From contig CALXFG010000001.1 of NCBI GenBank assembly GCA_944387505.1, positions 81,549-145,548 of the forward strand: a stretch of DNA of 64,000 nt. The letters are read 5' to 3'. Shown in pieces: positions 53,644-62,990 of this stretch. Each line of letters begins with the position of its first letter. Positions within the stretch are counted from its first letter, which is position 1. Made by a program: the position numbers and the translations under genes. A model generated the notes under the pieces. It worked only from the letters and a program-made list of their open reading frames with translations, was not told where the DNA came from and ran no database searches. Source of the stretch: an uncultured Clostridia bacterium (GTDB lineage: Bacteria > Bacillota > Clostridia > TANB77 > CAG-508).

Positions 53644-54189
53644 ATGAATAGAAAAATAGTGATTATTTTTACCGTTTTATTAATTATTATATTAGTAGGA
53701 GGATATTTTATTATTAATTATTTTAAAGGGCAACAAGAGGAAACAGCTATAGAAGAATATACACCAGAGGAAGAAATTACAGAAGAACAAAATAGACAAA
53801 CCATTGTGAGTCTATATTTTTTAGAGAAAGAAACAAATGAATTAGCTCCTGAAGCAAGATTAGTAGATATTAAAGAAATTATGAATACACCTTATGATAA
53901 ATTGGTAAATATGTTAATAGAAGGTCCAAAAAATGAAAAATATGCGAAATTAATTCCTGAAAATACAAAATTAAATCAAACATATAAAGAGAAAGATATG
54001 GTATATTTAGATTTTTCAAGTGAATTTTTAAATTTTAATAAGGAAGATCCAACTGTAAAACAAAATATCATTGATAGTTTAGTAAAAACGTTAACTCAGT
54101 TAACAGAGGTAAATTCTATTAAAATTTTAATTGATGGTGAGGAAAATGAAGAATTTAATGAGGTGTATAGTTTAAATGTAAGTGAATAA
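53644..54189 (+). CDS. GerMN-domain-like lipoprotein/secreted protein
   Basis: N-terminal TM/signal sequence. The C-terminal region matches the GerM/Gmad2 pattern (VSLYFL.....L......V...I..........L..L..GP, ..Y.DFS.EF). Confidence 0.45.
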   Translation: MNRKIVIIFTVLLIIILVGGYFIINYFKGQQEETAIEEYTPEEEITEEQNRQTIVSLYFLEKETNELAPEARLVDIKEIMNTPYDKLVNMLIEGPKNEKYAKLIPENTKLNQTYKEKDMVYLDFSSEFLNFNKEDPTVKQNIIDSLVKTLTQLTEVNSIKILIDGEENEEFNEVYSLNVSE

Positions 54190-54332
54190 TTAGTAAAACA
54201 ATATTTACCTTCAATGAAGTAAATAAAATTAGTTTACGAATACAAAATAAATAAAATACGTTTGGTGATGGAGAATTAATAGAATAGGTTTGTATAATAT
54301 TTGAAAAAACAGGGTATATAAAATATTAAAAA

Positions 54333-54515
54333 TTATTTTAATATTTTATATAATTTAACATATTTAATAAATCGATGAAAATGATTTAAAAAATATTCAA
54401 CTTCATGTAAAGATTGAATGGTATTATCTTTACAACATTTAAAATTAAATTTCTTTTTAGGGGGTGGACATTTTCCGCCTCTATTTTTAATTGGTTTTAT
54501 AATTCTTTTATCCAT
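54333..54515 (-). CDS. Small basic Cys-containing protein (60 aa)
   Basis: ATG at 54513-54515 on the minus strand with a GAGGTGA RBS 5 nt upstream. The listed ORF starts one codon earlier, at a TTG. Confidence 0.35.
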   Translation of the reverse strand: MDKRIIKPIKNRGGKCPPPKKKFNFKCCKDNTIQSLHEVEYFLNHFHRFIKYVKLYKILK

Positions 54516-54722
54516 CAAATCACCTCAAAAAATATCTATATAATTAGTATATGAAATATTTATAAAGATGTTATGAAAAGAAATATTTACAAATATTATG
54601 TAAATGTGATACAATGTAAAACATAAATAACTATTATAAATCATTAAACCTTAGAAATAGGCCTAATGGTTGTAAAGGGATTTTATAGATGACAAAATAT
54701 AAAATATTAAAAGAGGAGATAT

Positions 54723-55472
54723 ATGAAAGAAAATATAGAATTAAAAGAAAATGAAAGAATTGATGATTTAGAATATAAAGGGTTAAAAATCATTCAAAAT
54801 AAAGATGGATTTTGTTTTGGAATTGATAGTATATTGCTTTCAGATTTTGCTAAAAACATAAAAAAAAGGGCAAAAGTATTAGATTTAGGAACGGGAACAG
54901 GAATTATTGCCACTTTATTATGCGGAAAAACAGAATTGTCTGAAATTATAGGTATAGAAGTTCAAAAAGAAGTAGCGGAAATGGCAAAAAGAAGTATACA
55001 GTTAAATCATTTAGAAGATAAATTTAAAATGATACAAGATAATATACTAAATTTAAATAATTATTTTGAAAAAAATACATTTGATGTGATTGTGACAAAC
55101 CCACCTTATAAAAAGAAAGAAACGGGAGTGCAAAATGAAGACACAAGAAAATTAATTTCTAGACATGAAATAGAAGCAAATTTAGAAGATTTTATAAGAA
55201 TTTCTAAAGATATGTTAAAAGATAAGGGTGAATTTTATATTGTTTACAGACCAGAAAGATTAGTAGACTTGTTAACTTTGATGAGAAAATATAAAATAGA
55301 GCCTAAGAAAATACAATTCGTGTATTCGAATATTTATGCTGTGTCTAAATTAGTATTAGTGCAGGGAGTAAAAAATGCAAGACCATTTTTAAAATTAGAA
55401 CCAAATTTATATATTTATGACGAGAAAGGAAATTATACAGAAGAAGTTTTAAAAATATATAATAAAAAATAA
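54723..55472 (+). CDS. tRNA1(Val) (adenine37-N6)-methyltransferase-like (YabB/TrmN6 family)
   Basis: SAM motif LDLGTGTGII and the N6-adenine MTase motif VTNPPYKK. Confidence 0.75.
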   Translation: MKENIELKENERIDDLEYKGLKIIQNKDGFCFGIDSILLSDFAKNIKKRAKVLDLGTGTGIIATLLCGKTELSEIIGIEVQKEVAEMAKRSIQLNHLEDKFKMIQDNILNLNNYFEKNTFDVIVTNPPYKKKETGVQNEDTRKLISRHEIEANLEDFIRISKDMLKDKGEFYIVYRPERLVDLLTLMRKYKIEPKKIQFVYSNIYAVSKLVLVQGVKNARPFLKLEPNLYIYDEKGNYTEEVLKIYNKK

Positions 55473-55506
55473 ATGTAAATAAAATAGTGAAAGGCGAAAG
55501 ATAATT

Positions 55507-55770
55507 ATGAAAAATAAAAAATGGAAAATAATTTTAATAGTAACAAGTATTATTTTAATAATTTGTGTATTAAGAATCATTATTGATGCAATTTATTGTT
55601 ATACTTTAGATATAAAATATCCATATCCTGCACTTGGAATTGATATACACAATTGGCATGAACAATTTAGATTAGATATGGTATTTTTCTTTTATATTAT
55701 TGGAATCCCATTAATAGTTGATATAATTTTATTGGTTGTATCTATTATCAAATTAAAAAAGAAAGGATAA
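55507..55770 (+). CDS. Small membrane protein (87 aa, two TM helices)
   Basis: ORF with hydrophobic helices, located between the trmN6-like gene and rsmI. Confidence 0.35.
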   Translation: MKNKKWKIILIVTSIILIICVLRIIIDAIYCYTLDIKYPYPALGIDIHNWHEQFRLDMVFFFYIIGIPLIVDIILLVVSIIKLKKKG

Positions 55771-55774
55771 AATT

Positions 55775-56620
55775 ATGAAAGAAATCAATCAAAAAGAAAT
55801 AGGAACATTATATATTGTTGCAACACCAATAGGAAATTTAGAAGATATCACATTAAGAGCAATCAACATATTAAAAGAAGTAGATTTAATAGCAGCAGAA
55901 GATACAAGACATACCTTAAAATTATTAAATCATTTAGAAATATCAAAACCATTAATTAGTTATCATAGACATAATGAAGATGTTAAAACAGATATATTAA
56001 TCAAAGAATTAAAACAAGGAAAACAGATAGCGCTTGTTTCTGACGCAGGAACACCAGGAATTTGTGACCCAGGGGAAGAGGTTATAAAAAAATGTATAGA
56101 AGAGGATATTCCTGTTGTGTCAATTCCAGGAGCATGTGCAATGATTAATGCATTAATTTGTTCAGGATTAGATACAAAAGAATTTATATTTATCGGATTT
56201 TTACCATTAAATAAGAAAAATAGAAAAGAAAAATTAGAAGAAATCAAACATACAACAAAAACCATGATTCTTTATGAAGCACCACATAAATTGGAAACAA
56301 CGTTAAAAGATTTAAAAGAGATTATTGGAGATAGAAAAATTGTATTAGCAAGAGAATTGACCAAGATTCATGAAGAATATATTAGAGAAAATATAGATGT
56401 ACTAATTGAAAAAGCAAAGGATTTAAAAGGAGAAATTGTTTTACTGATAGAAGGTGCAGAAAAGAAAGAAGAAAATGATTTATTAAAATTGTCTTTACAA
56501 GAACATTATGCATATTATGCAGAAAAAGGTTTGAGTAAAAAAGAGATTATTAAACAAATAGCAAAAGACAGAAATGTCAGTAAAAATGAGATATATCAAC
56601 AATTTATAGATAAAGATTAA
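55775..56620 (+). CDS. rsmI: 16S rRNA (cytidine1402-2'-O)-methyltransferase RsmI
   Basis: Tetrapyrrole-methylase fold N-terminus GTLYIVATPIGNLEDITLRAI and the VSDAGTPGISDPG motif. Confidence 0.85.
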   Translation: MKEINQKEIGTLYIVATPIGNLEDITLRAINILKEVDLIAAEDTRHTLKLLNHLEISKPLISYHRHNEDVKTDILIKELKQGKQIALVSDAGTPGICDPGEEVIKKCIEEDIPVVSIPGACAMINALICSGLDTKEFIFIGFLPLNKKNRKEKLEEIKHTTKTMILYEAPHKLETTLKDLKEIIGDRKIVLARELTKIHEEYIRENIDVLIEKAKDLKGEIVLLIEGAEKKEENDLLKLSLQEHYAYYAEKGLSKKEIIKQIAKDRNVSKNEIYQQFIDKD

Positions 56621-56730
56621 ATAAAATATTGAATACCACAATGTTAAAAAGCGGATTTATAGATTATATAAATTATTAAAGAAAAATAATATGCAAAAAT
56701 AAACAGACCAAGCAAATAAGAGCTTTGCTC

Positions 56731-56985
56731 TTATTTGCTTGGTTTTAATTTACTTATTTTTTTTGAACAATCTTCACAAATTAATTTATCATTATAATTT
56801 ATTAAATTCTCGGTATTTCCACAAAAAATACAATTTGGTTCATATTTTTTTAATACAATTGATGAACCATCAACATATATTTCAATAGGATCTTTCTCAG
56901 CAATGTTAAATTGATTTCTGATTTCGATTGGAATAACTACTCTTCCTAGTTCATCTACTTTACGAATAATTCCGGTTGATTTCAT
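56731..56985 (-). CDS. abrB: Transition-state regulator AbrB family protein
   Basis: N-terminus MKSTGIIRKVDELGRVVIPIEIRNQFNIAEKDPIEIYVDG is near-identical to the AbrB N-domain. Conserved synteny beside rsmI. Confidence 0.85.
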   Translation of the reverse strand: MKSTGIIRKVDELGRVVIPIEIRNQFNIAEKDPIEIYVDGSSIVLKKYEPNCIFCGNTENLINYNDKLICEDCSKKISKLKPSK

Positions 56986-57106
56986 AAGTTTATCCCCCCT
57001 TAAAAAGTTAATTTACAATCCTATATACATTGTTACTATATCATAAATACAAAGGCAGGTCAATTAAAAAGTAATAAAAAGTTGATAATAGAATAAAATT
57101 ATTTAG

Positions 57107-57709
57107 GTGGTAAATATGTTAAATTTAGTTTGGCCAATTTTCATAATAATATCATTTTCTTATGCAATTTTTTCAGGAAATTTACAAAATTTAAACTCAA
57201 GCATATTTGACAGTGTAGAAAGTGCTGTGAATTTAAGCATTACGATGTTAGGAACCATGTGCTTATGGAGTGGAATTATTCATGTTGCAACAAATACTAA
57301 TATTATGAAAATAATGAATAGATTATTAAAACCAATTATCAGATTTTTGTTTCCAGAAATAAAAGAAAATATAAAAGCACAAAATGAAATTTCAATGAAT
57401 ATGATAGCAAATATTTTAGGATTGGGGAATGCGGCTACACCTTTAGGGTTAAAAGCAATGGAGACATTGCAAAAAGAGAATAAAAATAAGCAAGAATTAA
57501 GTAATTCTATGATTATGCTAATTGTCATAAATACTGCATCTATTCAAATCATCCCCACAACAATTATTGCCATAAGAAGTTCTTTAGGAGCCCAAAATCC
57601 AACTTCGATTATTGTACCTGTATGGATAGCAACAATTTGCGCAGCAATTGTTGGAATAACTGTAACAAAATTATTAATAAGATATTCTAATAAAAGGGAG
57701 AAGATATGA
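57107..57709 (+). CDS. spmA: Spore maturation protein A
   Basis: Nucleoside-recognition (Gate) domain membrane protein. The spmA-spmB pair shows overlapping ATGA coupling. Confidence 0.75.
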   Translation: MVNMLNLVWPIFIIISFSYAIFSGNLQNLNSSIFDSVESAVNLSITMLGTMCLWSGIIHVATNTNIMKIMNRLLKPIIRFLFPEIKENIKAQNEISMNMIANILGLGNAATPLGLKAMETLQKENKNKQELSNSMIMLIVINTASIQIIPTTIIAIRSSLGAQNPTSIIVPVWIATICAAIVGITVTKLLIRYSNKREKI

Positions 57710-58236
57710 TAAACTTTATCAATTTTTTATCAAATTTAGCAATGCCACTTATTATATTACTTATTGTTATATATGGCGTCATAGAAAAAAAAGAAGTTTT
57801 TGATAAATTTATTGAAGGGGCAAAAGATGGGATAAAAATTGTCATCAATATTTTTCCAACTTTAATAGGTCTTTTTTTAGCAGTAGGAACATTAAGAAGT
57901 TCGGGTGTAATTGATATAGCAATTAAATTGATAGAACCGTTATTAAATATTGTGCATTTTCCAACAGAAATTATGCCATTAGCACTTTTAAGACCAATAT
58001 CAGGAAGTAGTTCAATAGCGGTTGCAACAGATATTATGAAAACTTTTGGAGTAGATAGCCAAATTGGAATTATGGCAGCTGTTATTATGGGAGCCACAGA
58101 AACAACGTTATATACCATTGCCGTATATTCATCAAGTGTAAAAATAAAAAAGACTAGATTTGTTTTAATAGCAGCTTTAACAGCAGATTTAGTAGGAATT
58201 ATAACAAGTATTATAGTATGTCGTTTTTTGTCGTAA
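57706..58236 (+). CDS. spmB: Spore maturation protein B
   Basis: 176-aa polytopic partner of spmA, translationally coupled to it. Confidence 0.75.
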   Translation: MINFINFLSNLAMPLIILLIVIYGVIEKKEVFDKFIEGAKDGIKIVINIFPTLIGLFLAVGTLRSSGVIDIAIKLIEPLLNIVHFPTEIMPLALLRPISGSSSIAVATDIMKTFGVDSQIGIMAAVIMGATETTLYTIAVYSSSVKIKKTRFVLIAALTADLVGIITSIIVCRFLS

Positions 58237-58581
58237 AGTTTTTCTTGACAATGATTTACATATATTGTATAATTATGGAAATTAGATTAATAAGGATATT
58301 CAAATCAAATGTTATTAAAAATCATATTATTTATTTCAATATTTTTGATAGTAAGAGTTGTGATTGTAAAAATATTATTTTATAAAATGTTAAATTCAGA
58401 AATAAATTCAAAATAATCAAGTTTTTAATTTTGTAGAGGAAATAACAAATCCCCCATAATTAGTATTTAAAATTTTTTGCCCCTATATTCTTTTAAATAT
58501 TTTTTTCTATGTTATTTTCTCTACAATATAATATATAATTTTTTAAATATACAAAAATATAGTAGTATTCATTTATTATAT

Positions 58582-59061
58582 TTATCTATGATAAGTTTCA
58601 CCATTCGATATTTTAAATCCTCTAAAGATTTGTTCTAATAAAAAGACACGAATTAACTGATGAGGAAATGTCATTTTAGAAAAACATATCTTTTGGTGAG
58701 CTTTTTTTAATAAATCAGAAGAAAGACCTAAAGAACCACCAATCACAAAAGAAATATTGCTGGTTTGTAAAGATAAGTTTTCCAAATTTTTCGAAAACTC
58801 TTCAGAAGTGAGTTCTTTACCAGTTAAATCTAAGCAAATCATGTAAGAATCTTTTTTGATATGATTTAATATATTATTAGATTCTTTATTTTTTATTTCA
58901 TTAGAAAGACTATCATTTAATTTATCAGGTATTTTTTCATCAGGTAATTCTATGATATTTAATTTACAATATTTACTTAATCTTTTAGAATACTCTTTTA
59001 TGGCGTCTTTTAAATAGGTTTCTTTTATCTTTCCAATACAAACAATATTGATAGTAAGCAT
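58582..59061 (-). CDS. rlmH: 23S rRNA (pseudouridine1915-N3)-methyltransferase RlmH
   Basis: 159-aa SPOUT protein: MLTINIVCIGKIKE...LICLD..GK...SEEFS, with the C-terminal GSLGL motif. Confidence 0.85.
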   Translation of the reverse strand: MLTINIVCIGKIKETYLKDAIKEYSKRLSKYCKLNIIELPDEKIPDKLNDSLSNEIKNKESNNILNHIKKDSYMICLDLTGKELTSEEFSKNLENLSLQTSNISFVIGGSLGLSSDLLKKAHQKICFSKMTFPHQLIRVFLLEQIFRGFKISNGETYHR

Positions 59062-59112
59062 TTTTGATTCCTTTCTAAAATTTTATATGAATGTTGCTAC
59101 TAGTAAGTATTA

Positions 59113-59326
59113 CTTAAGTTCAAGTCCTTATATATTTATATCTTATAAATTCCTCGGCTCAATACAAATGCCAAGAAATTCTAAAATAATTTTATGGCAC
59201 CCTTTCACTTAGTCCTCGCTACGCTCGACGCGAACATTTTCCATAAAATAATTTAAAAATTTCTAATCATTTTCCAATCACATTCGTCATTTATTCGATA
59301 TAAATATATAAGGACTTGAACTTAAG
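59113..59326. mobile_element. MITE-like element: perfect 30-bp terminal inverted repeats flanking a ~154-bp core
   Basis: CTTAAGTTCAAGTCCTTATATATTTATATC at 59113-59142 and its exact reverse complement at 59297-59326. The internal core is GC-richer (CTCGCTACGCTCGACGCG). Confidence 0.5.
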
Positions 59327-59332
59327 CTATAT

Positions 59333-60122
59333 TTAAATTGTAACTAATTTACTATGTGTATCTCTACCTGCAACAGATAATGCTAAAGAATTTTCATTAT
59401 AATTGTTTGCAATTAATTCTTCAACTACTGTTTTATAGGCAAGCTCTGGAAAATTACTTTCTTTACTTAAATGACCAAGCATTGCATTTTTTAAACCTGA
59501 TTTTAGTAGAAAAGAAATCGTTTTTCCTGCAATTTGATTTGATAAATGTCCGTGATGGTCCAGCAATTCTAGATTTTAAAGAAAATGGATATGACGAACA
59601 TTTTAATACTTCTGGATCATAGTTAGATTCTAACATAACAAATAAGCTTTCTTCTAAGTTTTTTAAAATATCATTTGTCATATGTCCAATGTCTGTTGCA
59701 ATACTAATTTTTTTATTTTCATTTAGTATAGTAAATCCACAAGGGTTTGCTGCATCATGTGGAATAGAAAAAGGATTAATATCCAAATCTCCTATTGAAA
59801 ATTTTTCTGCAACTTTAAATTTTTTAATATTTTTATCTGCGATTTTATCTCTTTGTTTTGGCATAGCATCTAATGTTTCTTGGTTCACAAAGACAGGTAA
59901 ATCAAATTTTTTAGAAAAAGTTCCTAGCCCTTGTACATGGTCAGAGTGTTCATGCGTAACTAAAATACCATCTAAGGTAGAAGGGTCAACATCTATATCA
60001 TTTAAGGCTTTTTCTATTTTTTTGCTACTTACACCGGCATCAATTAATAATTTTGTATTATCTGTTTCAACAAATAAGCTATTTCCGCTACTTCCACTAT
60101 ATAAACTACAAAAATTTAGCAT
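59333..60122 (-). pseudogene. yycJ: MBL-fold metallo-hydrolase YycJ/WalJ-like, split by a frameshift
   Basis: The N-terminal 219-aa ORF (59463-60122) has HEHSDH and runs to ...SLKSRIAGPS. The conserved continuation DHHGHLSNQ... is in another frame (ORF 59333-59566). The frames switch near 59555-59565 with no homopolymer at the site. Confidence 0.65.
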
Positions 60123-60154
60123 AATTTTCTCAATCTCTTTCCTTTGTTTATTCT

Positions 60155-61429
60155 TTATTCTGTTACTCTTTCGATTTTGGCACCTATTTTTCTAAACTTT
60201 TCTTCTATATTTTCATATCCTCTATCAATATGTTCTAGATTATAAATTTCTGTTATACCTTCAGCAGCAGTACCTGCAATAACTAAAGCCGCTCCAGCTC
60301 TTAAGTCTGAAGAATAGACAGGTGCACCTGATAATTTTTTAACACCTTCAAAAAAGGCGGTTTTTCCATGAGCAGTAATTTTTGCTCCCATTTTATTTAA
60401 TTCTTCTGTATATTGGAATCTAGAATCCCATATACTTTCATTAATGGTACTTGTCCCATTGGCAAGTGATAAAACAACTCCCATTTGTGGTTGTAAATCT
60501 GTAGGAAAACCAGGATATGGCAATGTTTTAATGGTTGCTTTATTAGGTCTTTTATTGCACCAAACACGAATACTATCTCCATTGTCTTCTACATTACCAC
60601 CAATTTCTAATATTTTAGCAGTAATCGATTCTAAATGTTTCGTAATACAATTTTTGATTAATAAATCTCCTTTTGTTGCGACTGCAGCAAGCATAAAAGT
60701 ACCTGCTTCAATTTGATCAGGAACAACAGAGTAAGTAGCATTTCCATGTAGTTTTTCAACTCCATTGATTTTAATCACATCTGTACCTGCTCCTCTAATA
60801 TCAGCTCCCATAGTGTTTAAGAAGTTTGCTACATCTACAATATGTGGTTCTTTTGCAGCATTGTCAATAATGGTGGTTCCTTTTGCAAGTACTGCTGATA
60901 ACATAACATTAATAGTAGCCCCAACTGATACAATATCCATATAAATAGGACAACCTTTCAGTTTTTTTGCCTTTGCATAAATTTTACCTTTTTCTACAGT
61001 AACATTTGCTCCTAATAATTCAAATCCTTTAATGTGTTGGTCAATTGGTCTTGCACCTAATTTACAGCCTCCAGGCATACCAACTTCAATTTCACCTTTT
61101 CGACTAAGCATAGCTCCAATAATATAATAAGAAGCTCTAAATTTACTTGTTAAATCTAAAGGTGCTTTTGTTGTTGTTATATTAGTTGTATCAATTGTGA
61201 TACTGTGGGCATCATTCCAGGTGATTTTTGCTCCTAATTTTTCTAATATTGTACAAGATATTTTTATATCACTAATATTTGGTAGATTTTCTATTGTACA
61301 TACACCATCAATCAAAAGAGTTGCTGGCAAAATCGCAACGGCAGCATTTTTTGCACCGCTAATGGTTACCTCTCCTTTTAGTGGTGTGGGTCCTTTTACA
61401 ACTAATTTTTCCAATTTATATACCCCCAA
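60155..61429 (-). CDS. murA: UDP-N-acetylglucosamine 1-carboxyvinyltransferase
   Basis: 424 aa with EPSP-synthase-fold MurA motifs (GPTPLKGEVTISGAKNAA; GGCKLGARPID). Confidence 0.93.
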   Translation of the reverse strand: MGVYKLEKLVVKGPTPLKGEVTISGAKNAAVAILPATLLIDGVCTIENLPNISDIKISCTILEKLGAKITWNDAHSITIDTTNITTTKAPLDLTSKFRASYYIIGAMLSRKGEIEVGMPGGCKLGARPIDQHIKGFELLGANVTVEKGKIYAKAKKLKGCPIYMDIVSVGATINVMLSAVLAKGTTIIDNAAKEPHIVDVANFLNTMGADIRGAGTDVIKINGVEKLHGNATYSVVPDQIEAGTFMLAAVATKGDLLIKNCITKHLESITAKILEIGGNVEDNGDSIRVWCNKRPNKATIKTLPYPGFPTDLQPQMGVVLSLANGTSTINESIWDSRFQYTEELNKMGAKITAHGKTAFFEGVKKLSGAPVYSSDLRAGAALVIAGTAAEGITEIYNLEHIDRGYENIEEKFRKIGAKIERVTE

Positions 61430-61530
61430 TTAAATTTATATATTATGTTTTTTAAAACAAAAGAGAGTGTATATTATTTTACACTCTACTTTTTCCTATA
61501 AACTATATCATAAACCAATTTAGATTGCAA

Positions 61531-62199
61531 CTATTTTTTAGCAGTAATTAGACCTGTATCATTTAATATTTCTAATATTTTAAACTTTACTTTAAATGTA
61601 AGATTTTCTTCATTGTCAGATACAATAGAAAATTCTTCATCAGTTAATGAATTTTGTAAGTCTTCTTTTGATTCTTCAGGGACAATTCCAGAAGAGGCAT
61701 CTACAAAACATAAAGGAGGAAACATGACACACCACCAATTTTGGCCTTTTGCTTCACCAATTTCCACTTTTAAGGCATCATAATATCCTGCCGGAAGAGA
61801 AATATCCCCATAGTGTTTTGTAGGAAATTCAAAATTTCCGATATGCACATTAACAGAATAGTTAAATCCTTCATCTTTTATAGTATCTAAAGCAATTTCT
61901 TTAAATTTGTCAATATTTTTATTAGCAAGCGCAATTGCTTCTTCTTTAGAAGTACAATTTGCGCATAATGTATTCATATATTCTAATAAATGATCTCTAA
62001 CAATATATTTTAAATTTTGATCAGCTTCAGAATCACTGTTTGCAATAACATGTAAACGAAAAACAGAATCTGCAATGTCAGTAGAAACATCATTGGCGTA
62101 AGATATGGCACAAATAGTCGTGTAAGCAAAAAATAGAAATGTTAAAATGATTACCATTTTTACCTTGGAATGATTACATAATTTTAAAAATTTTTTCAT
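61531..62199 (-). CDS. spoIIR: Stage II sporulation protein R
   Basis: Signal peptide followed by the conserved FRLHVIANSDSEADQNLKYIVRD core. 222 aa. Confidence 0.75.
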   Translation of the reverse strand: MKKFLKLCNHSKVKMVIILTFLFFAYTTICAISYANDVSTDIADSVFRLHVIANSDSEADQNLKYIVRDHLLEYMNTLCANCTSKEEAIALANKNIDKFKEIALDTIKDEGFNYSVNVHIGNFEFPTKHYGDISLPAGYYDALKVEIGEAKGQNWWCVMFPPLCFVDASSGIVPEESKEDLQNSLTDEEFSIVSDNEENLTFKVKFKILEILNDTGLITAKK

Positions 62200-62354
62200 A
62201 AGTTACCTCCAATAAACTTTTTTTCTAAAATATTCTTTAAAATAAGTATTAACAAAAAATGAAAAAATATACATTGTCGAAAAAAAACGAAGACTTTCTT
62301 TGAAATATGATTGACATATTTGTAATAAAATGGTAAAATTTACCAGTAAACAAA

Positions 62355-62864
62355 ATGAAGAAATTAACAATTCCGTATGGTTATATAAATTTGAAAGGAA
62401 TGTTTGTGATGGAAAATTTAACAAAAGAAAAAAGTTGTGCATTTTATGCAAGTGATTATCATTTTGAAATGATTAGTTTACCATACATTAGTAAAAGTAT
62501 GGACGAAAACAAAGAAATCATCATATTAACAGAAAATAATTTAAAAGATACAGTAGATACATTAATATCAAAAATGAATTTAAAAAAAGAAAAACAAGAA
62601 AAAATATTATCATTAGATTGGAACAACAATGATTTAAAAAAATTCAAAGAAATTAGTAAGAAAAGTAAAGAAGATGCAGATATGGTTATCTTTATTAAAG
62701 GAAAACAAAATTATATTCAAAATATAAATAAAAATATTGAGAAATGGGTAAGTACTGATAAACATGTAAAAATTATTGATTGTTATGAGTTTTTTGAAGT
62801 AGAAGAAACGATAGAAGAAATTGCTAAAAAATATGATAAAGTCTTAGGGACATCTAGGATATAG
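62355..62864 (+). CDS. Hypothetical protein (169 aa)
   Basis: Protein-like composition, no motif recognised. The start could equally be one of the internal methionines (MFVMENL). Confidence 0.4.
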   Translation: MKKLTIPYGYINLKGMFVMENLTKEKSCAFYASDYHFEMISLPYISKSMDENKEIIILTENNLKDTVDTLISKMNLKKEKQEKILSLDWNNNDLKKFKEISKKSKEDADMVIFIKGKQNYIQNINKNIEKWVSTDKHVKIIDCYEFFEVEETIEEIAKKYDKVLGTSRI

Positions 62865-62990
62865 AGAAAATAAAAAAACAAAAATAAGAAGTAAAATGGC
62901 AGGTAAATTTTTTACCTGCCAATAATTGACTAATATAAAATTATGGTGTAATATAAGTGTGGTTTTAAAATTTTAGAAAGGATGAATTTT

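Noticed and set aside
62203-62451. 82-aa minus-strand ORF between spoIIR and the 169-aa gene
   Set aside because: Overlaps the start of the plus-strand 62355-62864 gene and the spoIIR upstream region. It has low-complexity composition and no RBS. It is more likely promoter DNA.
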